From Candidatus Troglogloeales bacterium (lineage in GTDB: Bacteria > Nitrospirota > Nitrospiria > SBBL01): DNA of 48,569 nucleotides. The position numbers were made by a program, and so were the translations under genes. The notes below the pieces were generated by a model. It was not told the DNA's origin. It did no database searches and saw only the letters and a list, made by a program, of their open reading frames with translations. The DNA lies in NCBI GenBank assembly GCA_005239745.1, contig SBBL01000055.1:1-48569 (forward strand), written 5' to 3'. Of this stretch, positions 1 through 7,373 are shown piece by piece (position 1 is the first letter of the stretch; each line of letters opens with the position of its first letter).

Positions 1-1
1 A

Positions 2-49
2 ACGTGTCTAATGGTGGGACAATAAGCGGGTCGCCCACCATTAGACGTT
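2..49 (-). terminator. Stem-loop just downstream of the M4 protease gene
   Basis: Perfect 13-bp inverted repeat (gtctaatggtggg at 6-18, cccaccattagac at 34-46). It lies about 70 nt past the stop of the minus-strand ORF. The window edge hides any U-tract. Confidence 0.3.
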
Positions 50-115
50 ACGTTGGCTGAAGAGACTGTTGAGCAGCGTTTTAACGCCTGGATATGCCGC
101 TCGCTCTGACAGTTT

Positions 116-1156
116 CTACGGCAAGCCCACCTCCTTAAAAGCAAGTCGCACCGTTTGCGGCGAACCTTCAGGGACTGCCCTGTCTTTTACCAGTAAACGG
201 GCAGCGTGTGAAATGATCTCGACTGCATCACCGAAATTGGCATCCGGCCAAAGCATACGCAGCGCCCGATACCATATCAGCATCGCTTTATCGGTTCCAA
301 TATCTTTCGCAACCAGGTAAAACGCTTTATTGGGGATGCCGCTGTTGATGTGAACGCCCTGGTTGTCGTCCTGACCCGTAAAGTAATCCCTCATGTGAGA
401 GGGCTGAGGGTCGCTTCCCAACAGACTATTATCGTATGCAGATCCTGGCGCTTTCATAGATCTTAAAGACTCCCCAAACAAAGTTGGCCCCATAATCTCG
501 TTGCCAACGAGCCAGTCTGCCCGACCTGCATCTTGCTTGTTGTAGAACTGCTGAATGGCACTCCCAAAAACATCTGAAAAATGCTCATTTAGGGCGCCCG
601 ACTGGCTATAGTAGTCAAGATTGGCAGTGTACTGAGTGACACCATGAGCCAACTCGTGCGCAACGACGTCAAGTGACTTAGTGAAATTGGTGAAGATGCT
701 TCCATCTCCGTCGCCAAAAGTCATTTCATCCCCATCCCAAAAGGCATTCATGTATTGGTTCCCAAAATGGACATTCAGAATAATATCCATTCCCTGGTTG
801 TCTATTGAATGACGCCCCAGTTTTTTGAGATAGTCTCGGACGATACCCGCAAATTCGTACACGGTATTTACGGCTATATCCCCGGTGGTCGGGCCGCCCT
901 CCTCCAACACCAGTTTCTTGCGTTGTTTCAACGTATTTTGGCTGTCGTATACCTTGCGGTTTGCACCTGCCCCGGGGCTAACGGCAGTGGACAGGAGATT
1001 AACACTCGGTTGCCCCACCCTTTTTGCCCGGCTAATTTTCCCATATATTGCACTAAGCCGAGCCTTTTCTCTGGCTTCCGGGTCGCTGGTTCTTGCCAGC
1101 TTCCCGATGACATACGGTGGAAGATAGTGACAGATACACTGACGATGCTTTTTCAT
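116..1156 (-). CDS. Thermolysin-family (M4) zinc metalloprotease, protealysin-like (short, no obvious signal peptide)
   Basis: HEXXH zinc site in VVAHELAHGV. Third-ligand motif GALNEHFSDVFG matches the thermolysin GxxNEAxSD motif. Length is 346 aa, the N-terminus is not hydrophobic, and a G-rich RBS precedes the ATG. Confidence 0.85.
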   Translation of the reverse strand: MKKHRQCICHYLPPYVIGKLARTSDPEAREKARLSAIYGKISRAKRVGQPSVNLLSTAVSPGAGANRKVYDSQNTLKQRKKLVLEEGGPTTGDIAVNTVYEFAGIVRDYLKKLGRHSIDNQGMDIILNVHFGNQYMNAFWDGDEMTFGDGDGSIFTNFTKSLDVVAHELAHGVTQYTANLDYYSQSGALNEHFSDVFGSAIQQFYNKQDAGRADWLVGNEIMGPTLFGESLRSMKAPGSAYDNSLLGSDPQPSHMRDYFTGQDDNQGVHINSGIPNKAFYLVAKDIGTDKAMLIWYRALRMLWPDANFGDAVEIISHAARLLVKDRAVPEGSPQTVRLAFKEVGLP

Positions 1157-1384
1157 GGCAAACCCCCCGATTTTTAGCCACTGACTAAGGTAGACGGCAC
1201 GCGTGGCTCTCTATGCCGTCTAACGCCATAGGCGATTGCACAGTGTCACGATTCAGTCGCTAATACTAATAATTGTATCGGCGACGTCCAAACCGTAACA
1301 GAAATAGGTTTGTCATACTATATGGAGAATTTACGGATGGTGCTTAGGGCGGGCAAGGGTGACCTCGTAGTGGTATAGAGGCTG

Positions 1385-3895
1385 TTAGCCGTGTATTAGA
1401 GCGTTGAACCCCCGCTTCCAATTCTCCCATTCTTGTCGCGCAACAGGTTGGTCCCAGCTAATTTTTTTAGGAATTGTCTGATGATACGGGGTAATGGTTG
1501 TCCCGTCCGGCCTTACCCGTACAATGACCGCCCCATCCCGATCAGTGCGAAAGACTTGGATAGAACGTGCACGATAGCGATGAAGCGTATCCGGATGAGG
1601 GTGATGATAGGGGTTACGGTGTCCAACAAGTATCACTGCTATCTGTGGGGATACCTCACGGAGAAAGTGATCACTAGACGAGTGTCGGCTACCGTGATGT
1701 GGCACCTTTAACAGTGTACTGCGTAATTGCCCGGGATTTCTCTCTATGAGTTCCCGCTCAGCCGCCGTGCCGATATCTCCAGTCAAAAGCAGAGAAAACA
1801 CCGTTCCTCCGTTTTGGCAAACCATATGCAAAACAACAGAATCATCGTTGAAATTATCCGTATCTTTGGCGGAGACACCGTATGTTGCAACCCCAACGCG
1901 AGGATTTAAAAATGCAATCCGGCACCGATCGGCCATGAAGGATGGGGTCTGCGCATGAACGATTTCTTCGCTTTGTCCGGTCTGTTGCATGGCCTCTTGA
2001 AAGTCCCGATAAAAGCGCCGAGATCGCGCCACACCGTTAGTGAAAAGGCGTCCAACCTCAAAATGGGTTAGCAGGTAGGGCATGCCACCCATATGATCCT
2101 GTTGCGGGTGGCTAACGACGACATAATCAAGGGTGCGGATACGCCGCTGCCACAGGTAGGGGGCAATGGCCATCTTCCCCGCGTTCAGATAACTACCTGA
2201 GCCTCCATCAACCAGTAAAGTTTTTCCGTCTGGGAACTCGACCAGCGTTGCATCCCCCTGGCCGACATCTATGAAAGTAACACGCAGCGTGTCCGGAGGA
2301 ATGCGAAGGGAACCACCGCCTAAGAAGACGAGAAGGAAGACGGTTATTGTGGCAAGCCAACATCGCCATGAGACCTGTTTATAGAGTAGAAAACAAACCA
2401 CACCGTAGAAAGTGAGAATCATAAAGAGCGATGGAGAAGCAAAGTGTAGATCAGCCCCTGGCCACTTGGCGAAAGTGTCAGCCATTTGGTCATAGAATGC
2501 CCACATGCGCTCATGATAGGGGGCCAAAGGGAATCCTGTGGCGGTCAAGGGGGAAAAAACGGCGCACAACAGCCCAAAGGGGATCAGCACCCAGCTGGCC
2601 AGCGGAACCATCACCATATTGGCCAAAAATCCCACCCAACTGAATTGATGGAAATAATAGAGGCTCAAAGGTGCAGTTGCAATGCCCGCGCCCAGTGTTG
2701 CTAGAAGCATGGCGCCAAAAAAACGTTTTAGTGACGCGACGGGGCGCGTTGTCTGATCGGGTAAATCGGTAACCGGTGTTGCCTGTAGACGCTTCCATTG
2801 TTCGATGGTCAGAACAATGAACAGAACCGAGAGGAATGAAAACTGGAAAGATAAATCAAAAACTGCCCTTGGATTCATGCTCACAATTAGCAGGGCGGCG
2901 AGAGCTAGGCTTACCTTTACCTGCGTGTTTCGTCCAATCCAGATGGAAAACAGGTAGGTAAGGATCATGATAAGGGACCGAAGCGTTGCGGTTTGAGCTC
3001 CTGCCAATAGGGTATAGAAAGTGACAGGGATTGCCGCAACCACTGCCGCCCATTGAGAAGCGGTCTTAAATAGAGAGCCCCGGAGGAGCCACCCCATGGG
3101 TAGTCGTAAGAGGAGTTGTCTGACGCATTCGAAGGTTAAAAAGGCAACCAGTGCAAGATGTGACCCGGAGATGGAGAGGATGTGCGTAATTCCAGAGGCT
3201 GAAAAGCGTTCCCTGACCGACTCATCTAAAAAATCAGTTTCTCCAATAACCATGGCCATTAATAGGGCTGTTGAGGGAGCGTTTTTATCCATGGAGACGA
3301 TAATTCGCTGCCTTATTTCATCACGCCAATTAGAGATAGCCGGAAGGATGGGATTTCGTTCTTCTCCTAACTTTTTGATGTTATGAGACCGAGAGAGGCT
3401 GGCGGTAACGGTGTGTCCTTGGCGTTCCCGATAGTTTGCGAAGAGAAAATTGCCGGGGTTTTCGAATTGGCGTGGGGAACGAAGTGTAACCTTCATTGAG
3501 AGGAGGTCACCGTAGTGCCATGGCGCGTCCGGTTCATAGACGGTCAGGCGGAAGGAACCGGAAACCGGCCGGCTCCCTTCCCCTTCCACAATACTGTGTG
3601 CCCGCATATGAAACACAACGCGGTTTGGCCCGTGGGTCGGAAAACGTTCCACGTAGGCGGTTAGGTGAACCGGCCGATTAAGGTGGTGGGTGAGGCCTAT
3701 TGGGGAAGGGCTTGTGACGACTTGATAAATAAAAAAGGAGATAGCCCCGACAGTGAATGTGCGCCATGAAGGTTGTATGAGTAGTAGGCCGTAGAGTAGG
3801 CCCGTAGTGAGGAAGGGGAAATATGAAAAAGCTTCGGAAACGGCGATGCCACCGATAAAGGCGGAGGCTATTGCTGTGAGGACATATCCACGCAT
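1385..3895 (-). CDS. comEC: DNA internalization competence protein ComEC/Rec2 (competence channel plus metallo-beta-lactamase domain)
   Basis: Polytopic membrane N-terminus and core, with the ComEC motif ITHILSISGSHLALV. The C-terminal MBL domain has VSHPQQDHMGG and LKVPHHGSRHSS. The start is uncertain: Met at 3895 is preferred, and the ORF is open to a GTG at 3985. Confidence 0.85.
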   Translation of the reverse strand: MRGYVLTAIASAFIGGIAVSEAFSYFPFLTTGLLYGLLLIQPSWRTFTVGAISFFIYQVVTSPSPIGLTHHLNRPVHLTAYVERFPTHGPNRVVFHMRAHSIVEGEGSRPVSGSFRLTVYEPDAPWHYGDLLSMKVTLRSPRQFENPGNFLFANYRERQGHTVTASLSRSHNIKKLGEERNPILPAISNWRDEIRQRIIVSMDKNAPSTALLMAMVIGETDFLDESVRERFSASGITHILSISGSHLALVAFLTFECVRQLLLRLPMGWLLRGSLFKTASQWAAVVAAIPVTFYTLLAGAQTATLRSLIMILTYLFSIWIGRNTQVKVSLALAALLIVSMNPRAVFDLSFQFSFLSVLFIVLTIEQWKRLQATPVTDLPDQTTRPVASLKRFFGAMLLATLGAGIATAPLSLYYFHQFSWVGFLANMVMVPLASWVLIPFGLLCAVFSPLTATGFPLAPYHERMWAFYDQMADTFAKWPGADLHFASPSLFMILTFYGVVCFLLYKQVSWRCWLATITVFLLVFLGGGSLRIPPDTLRVTFIDVGQGDATLVEFPDGKTLLVDGGSGSYLNAGKMAIAPYLWQRRIRTLDYVVVSHPQQDHMGGMPYLLTHFEVGRLFTNGVARSRRFYRDFQEAMQQTGQSEEIVHAQTPSFMADRCRIAFLNPRVGVATYGVSAKDTDNFNDDSVVLHMVCQNGGTVFSLLLTGDIGTAAERELIERNPGQLRSTLLKVPHHGSRHSSSDHFLREVSPQIAVILVGHRNPYHHPHPDTLHRYRARSIQVFRTDRDGAVIVRVRPDGTTITPYHQTIPKKISWDQPVARQEWENWKRGFNALIHG

Positions 3896-4048
3896 CAAGG
3901 GCGTTACGGCGTGTGCAGAAGTCCTGAAATAATCATGGCAACAATAACGGCGAAGAGGACGAAAACGACGCAGCCACAGCCCCACCGACTAACTGTTTGA
4001 GCATCTCTGGTAACGCTCGGCTTCTTCTGTTTTCGTTTGATCACGGCA

Positions 4049-4077
4049 GGCCGCTCGTGACGGTTTTAGAGGTGCCC
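4049..4077. repeat. Right-end remnant of the MITE-like element family
   Basis: GGCCGCTCGTGACGGTTTTAGAGGTGCCC matches the right terminus of the full copies at 19628, 41892 and 44772. It is followed by TAAA, as in the copy at 44772. Confidence 0.7.
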
Positions 4078-4091
4078 TAAAAGATACAGAA

Positions 4092-4147
4092 ATGCCCTGT
4101 TGGGGGCTAGGCAACGGTGTGCCGTTGCCTAGCCCCCAACAGGGCAT
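4092..4147 (-). terminator. Very long perfect hairpin (26-bp stem, 4-nt loop) downstream of csp
   Basis: atgccctgttgggggctaggcaacgg / tgtg / ccgttgcctagcccccaacagggcat, read directly. It lies 20 nt after the csp stop. On the minus strand it is followed by TTCTGTATCTTTT. Confidence 0.55.
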
Positions 4148-4166
4148 CATTTGTTGGCCAAATACA

Positions 4167-4379
4167 TTAGGCCGCGGCTAGTGGTTTAACGTTAACAGCC
4201 TGAGGTCCCTTTTGTCCCTGGGTAACCTCAAACTCAACATCGCTTCCTTCTTCAAGGGATCGATATCCATCACCTGAGATAGCAGAATAGTGGACGAAAA
4301 CATCCGGTCCTCCATCTTCGCGCGTAATGAACCCATAGCCTTTGTTGCTGTTAAACCACTTCACCTTACCTTTCACCAT
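4167..4379 (-). CDS. cspA: Cold-shock protein, CspA family
   Basis: [18 protein letters not shown]...DVFVHYSAI carries the RNP1 and RNP2 motifs. Length is 70 aa. A GGAG RBS sits 7 nt upstream of the ATG at 4379. The ORF-track N-terminal extension is not used. Confidence 0.93.
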   Translation of the reverse strand: MVKGKVKWFNSNKGYGFITREDGGPDVFVHYSAISGDGYRSLEEGSDVEFEVTQGQKGPQAVNVKPLAAA

Positions 4380-4780
4380 CTGATTGCTCCTTCTACCTGT
4401 TTTCAAACATTCAAGCCATCGCGGCGCGGCACCATGCCACACCCCTGCCGATTATAAAACCACCGGCCGCACGCCTGAGCCTGTCTCCAAGGGGCAGCCA
4501 ATCCTGACCGGCCCTCCCAAAGAGAGGCCGCTTGATTATAGCATACCGGGGAAGGGTGGGTCAAACGCCCTGCTCACAACCGGCGATTTGTCATATTCTA
4601 TAACTTGGCGGTGTTTTCTGAATGAGGTTCGAACATTAAACCGCCAAAACTTCGGGTTGGCACGGTGCCTCACAGGTCCCTGCATTTGGAGTTTTGCCAA
4701 GCACATCTTGTATAATCACTCCCGGTTAGTTCGTGTGGACTTCCAGGCTAAAGCGTTGGAGGGTGGTGGGCTATGCGCAG

Positions 4781-6127
4781 ATGAGCTCCCGTGTTTTTGT
4801 AATTGCCAGAGGCGCCCTTTCGCCAGGCATTTTCCGCCGTATATTTGTTTTTCTCCTATCTCATCTACTTGTTCTCCCGTGCACCATCGGGTTAGCAGGC
4901 GCCAAAACGTTCAAGATCGCAAGTTACAACGTAGAGAATTTGTTTGACCTAACCTCGGATGGAGACGAATACCCGGAATACCGGCCCGGGGCTTCCCCGA
5001 ATTGGACGGTCCCCATTTCACACATTAAATACAACAACATTGCCAGGGTGACTAAGGACTTAGGGAGTGATGTCGTGGCCCTACAGGAAATTGAATCAGA
5101 AAAAGCCCTCCACCTGTTACGTGACAGGCTAAAAAATTTTGGGGTTGATTATCCTTACTTCGCCATTTCAGATGCCAAGCGTTCGGGAGTAAGATGCGCC
5201 GTGTTATCTAGGTTCCCCATTATCGAGAAAAAAGATATACCGGTTGACCCTAAGACGGCTAGAAATATTCTTAAAATCAGACTGGACATTGAGGGCAATC
5301 CACTCCTTTTATTTATCAATCACTGGAAATCTAAGGAGAGTCCTGAAAGCGCGAGGGTTAGGTACGCCAAAGCGTTACGGCGAGAACTAGATAAACTGGG
5401 AGAGGATACGGACTTCATTCTGGCGGGTGATTTTAACGCGAACTATAATGAATACCAAACCTTCCGCCAGTCGCGCCGACTGAACGACACGGGAGGGATA
5501 ACAGGGATCAATCATATCCTTCGAACGATTAAGGACACCCGGATGGTTAATGAAGATATCCTAATTAGACAAAGGGGAAGTTCCTATCTGTACAATTTAT
5601 GGCTTGAAGTTCCTGAATCTAAACGCTGGTCATATCTCTTCTCCGGAGAGAAGGAGACCCCGGATAACATAATTGTCCCGAAGGGCCTCTATGATAGTAA
5701 GGGGATTTCCTATATTGATCATTCGTTTCAGTCATTCCAGGTAAGCTATCTGTTCAAGGGGACGGAAATCTATCGCTGGGAGAAGGACGAGGGCCGTGCG
5801 GGTGGGTCTTTGTGGGGAGGATACTCCGACCATCTGCCAATCTCAGCGTATTTTTCCACCGACCCCTTCCATTTTGAGAGCGCCGTGGATTCCAATGCAA
5901 ACCGGTCGGCACGGGGACAGGACCGGAGCGTTCGGAACCCGCTCGATCCAAACGTTATGAGCAAAGAAGAGCTGGTATCACTTCCTGGAATTGGACCGAC
6001 GATCGCTGCGCGTATTATCGATGGACGCCCTTATAAAAACGTCGCCGACCTGCTGAAGGTAAAAGGTATCGGGCCCAAGAAACTCGAACAACTGCGCCCC
6101 TACTTAACCATACAGGGACACCGATGA
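4781..6127 (+). CDS. Secreted endonuclease/exonuclease/phosphatase (EEP) family nuclease with C-terminal ComEA-type helix-hairpin-helix DNA-binding domain
   Basis: N-terminal hydrophobic signal or anchor. EEP motifs YNVENLFD, LQEIE, GDFN and SDHLPI are present. The C-terminus LPGIGPTIAARIIDGRPY...VKGIGPKKLEQL forms two HhH units. The start is ATG 4781, with an alternative GTG at 4733. Confidence 0.8.
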   Translation: MSSRVFVIARGALSPGIFRRIFVFLLSHLLVLPCTIGLAGAKTFKIASYNVENLFDLTSDGDEYPEYRPGASPNWTVPISHIKYNNIARVTKDLGSDVVALQEIESEKALHLLRDRLKNFGVDYPYFAISDAKRSGVRCAVLSRFPIIEKKDIPVDPKTARNILKIRLDIEGNPLLLFINHWKSKESPESARVRYAKALRRELDKLGEDTDFILAGDFNANYNEYQTFRQSRRLNDTGGITGINHILRTIKDTRMVNEDILIRQRGSSYLYNLWLEVPESKRWSYLFSGEKETPDNIIVPKGLYDSKGISYIDHSFQSFQVSYLFKGTEIYRWEKDEGRAGGSLWGGYSDHLPISAYFSTDPFHFESAVDSNANRSARGQDRSVRNPLDPNVMSKEELVSLPGIGPTIAARIIDGRPYKNVADLLKVKGIGPKKLEQLRPYLTIQGHR

Positions 6128-6382
6128 AGGTGCCTTAAGGCGACGACTTGCCCCATTCGTGGGGGCGTGCCTGACTTTGTAGGGTGCCTGATTATACGTC
6201 GACGGGCTGAATGGAGCTTACCATTACCCAGAAGTTGGTACGTGGATAATGATCCCTTTCCAACAAGAAGGAATCTTCTTTCCGACTTGTGGGTAATGGT
6301 AAGGCTCCACGGGGCAGGTTTAGCAGGAATCCAGTGACTTTTTAGCATGTTCTACTTGGATTCGGGAATTTTTGGCGGGAAT

Positions 6383-6417
6383 GCATTAGGGTCGCGCCTG
6401 CGGCGCGACCCTAATGC
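6383..6417. terminator. GC-rich perfect hairpin (16-bp stem) past the 3' end of the tRNA cluster
   Basis: gcattagggtcgcgcc tgc ggcgcgaccctaatgc, read directly. It lies 26 nt beyond the tRNA-Ser 3' end on the minus strand. There is no clean U-tract. Confidence 0.4.
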
Positions 6418-6442
6418 GGGCTCCAATTCCGATTTTCAATTT

Positions 6443-6534
6443 TGGCGGAGAGAGAGGGATTCGAACCCCCGGTGGAGTTACCCCCACACCTGCTTTCGAG
6501 GCAGACGCCTTCAACCGGACTCGGCCATCTCTCC
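6443..6534 (-). tRNA. tRNA-Ser (anticodon CGA), long variable arm, CCA encoded
   Basis: Hand-folded. Acceptor is GGAGAGA/TCTCTCC, anticodon loop is CTCGAAA, T-loop is TTCGAAT, and the variable arm is long (GTGGGGGTAACTCCAC). Discriminator G is followed by CCA. Confidence 0.9.
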
Positions 6535-6542
6535 GAAGGGTG

Positions 6543-6615
6543 TGAGCCGTGCAGGGATCGAACCTGCGACAAGCTGATTAAGAGTCAGCTGCTCTACCAA
6601 CTGAGCTAACGGCCC
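6543..6615 (-). tRNA. tRNA-Lys (anticodon CTT)
   Basis: Hand-folded. Acceptor is GGGCCGT/ACGGCTC, D-arm is AGCTCAGTTGGTAGAGC, anticodon stem-loop is GCTGA-CTCTTAA-TCAGC, and T-loop is TTCGATC. Confidence 0.9.
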
Positions 6616-6636
6616 ATCACCTTGTAGATATACTCA

Positions 6637-6695
6637 AGGGCACCTCTAAAAACCTACTGTGCGTCCAAACGGCTGCCCACCCCAAAACATTCAAA
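6637..6695. repeat. Truncated left end (~59 bp) of the MITE-like element
   Basis: AGGGCACCTCTAAAAACCTACTGTGCGTCCAAACGGCTGCCCACCCCAAAACATTCAAA is near-identical to the first 59 bp of the copies at 6965 and 41892. Confidence 0.8.
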
Positions 6696-6732
6696 TAACC
6701 TTACCGAAGACGCGTCATTATCGAACAATAAG

Positions 6733-6806
6733 TGCGCCTGACGGGACTTGAACCCATAACCAACGGCTTCGGAGGCCGGTACTCTATCCAATTGAGCTAC
6801 AGGCGC
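6733..6806 (-). tRNA. tRNA-Arg (anticodon CCG)
   Basis: Hand-folded. Acceptor is GCGCCTG/CAGGCGC, anticodon loop is CTCCGAA, and T-loop is TTCAAGT. There is one 27-43 mismatch. Confidence 0.85.
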
Positions 6807-6964
6807 AGGCGGTGGAGAGCCTTTGAGGTAAAGCTCCAGAGACTGTTTTTAAGCTTAGGACATCTAGCCACCGTGCCCAGGATAGCACTGACTATAACCA
6901 ATTAACAATACCCGAATCGAGGCATCTAAAATGTAACCATAGGGGCTATCATCGCGTCATCTAT

Positions 6965-7072
6965 AGGGCACCTCTAAAAACCTGCCGTGCGTCCAAACTG
7001 CTGCCCACCCCAAAACATTCAAACATTGTTTTGGGGCCCCCGGTGCGAGCTGCTGTGCTCGGAGTCCTCATA
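6965..7072. repeat. Truncated left part (~108 bp) of the MITE-like element, including the internal hairpin module
   Basis: Matches 41892-42000 almost base for base, through ...GCTGCTGTGCTCGGAGTCCTCATA, and then diverges. The right TIR is absent. Confidence 0.8.
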
Positions 7073-7373
7073 CCCCCTCCCTTCGCTTTTCATAAAAGCC
7101 TTTTTCAGCATTTTTTGTGCCATATGGGCAACATCCAGCATGGAGAATTCTCCATGTTGTGGGGATAACGAGGGAGGTATACACTCACTCGTATTTAGTA
7201 GGGTCATCCGTTTATCTGTCATGGTGATCTGGGACGGGTTGTCCCATTGTCTGTCATTGCCCAGGGCGGGCGGAAAGGAGGGCGTCATGAAGCACACGGA
7301 CAAGTAAGTAGTGGGGGGAGAGTTTAACTGGGGGCAATTAAACTAAGTTGGTTTTCAAGAAAAGGAGGGTAAA

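Noticed and set aside
69-1177. Plus-strand ORFs 69-320, 809-1177 and 885-1127, and minus-strand ORF 928-1113
   Set aside because: The plus-strand ORFs are antisense to the M4 protease gene, and 928-1113 is an alternate frame of it. That gene carries clear HEXXH and NEHFSD motifs.
4384-4947. 187-aa plus-strand ORF spanning the csp/nuclease intergenic region
   Set aside because: It overlaps the csp start region and the nuclease N-terminus out of frame. It has no motifs and an unconvincing composition. The region is better explained as the csp 5' UTR and promoter plus the nuclease leader.
6347-6577. 76-aa ORF covering tRNA-Ser and tRNA-Lys
   Set aside because: It is the complement of two well-folding tRNA genes, so it is an ORF-caller artefact.
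6987-7307. Mutually antisense ORFs 6987-7307 (+) and 7019-7303 (-)
   Set aside because: They start inside a truncated MITE copy, overlap each other completely, and have no motifs. Only the terminal 6-codon mini-ORF with its own SD was kept as a low-interest finding.
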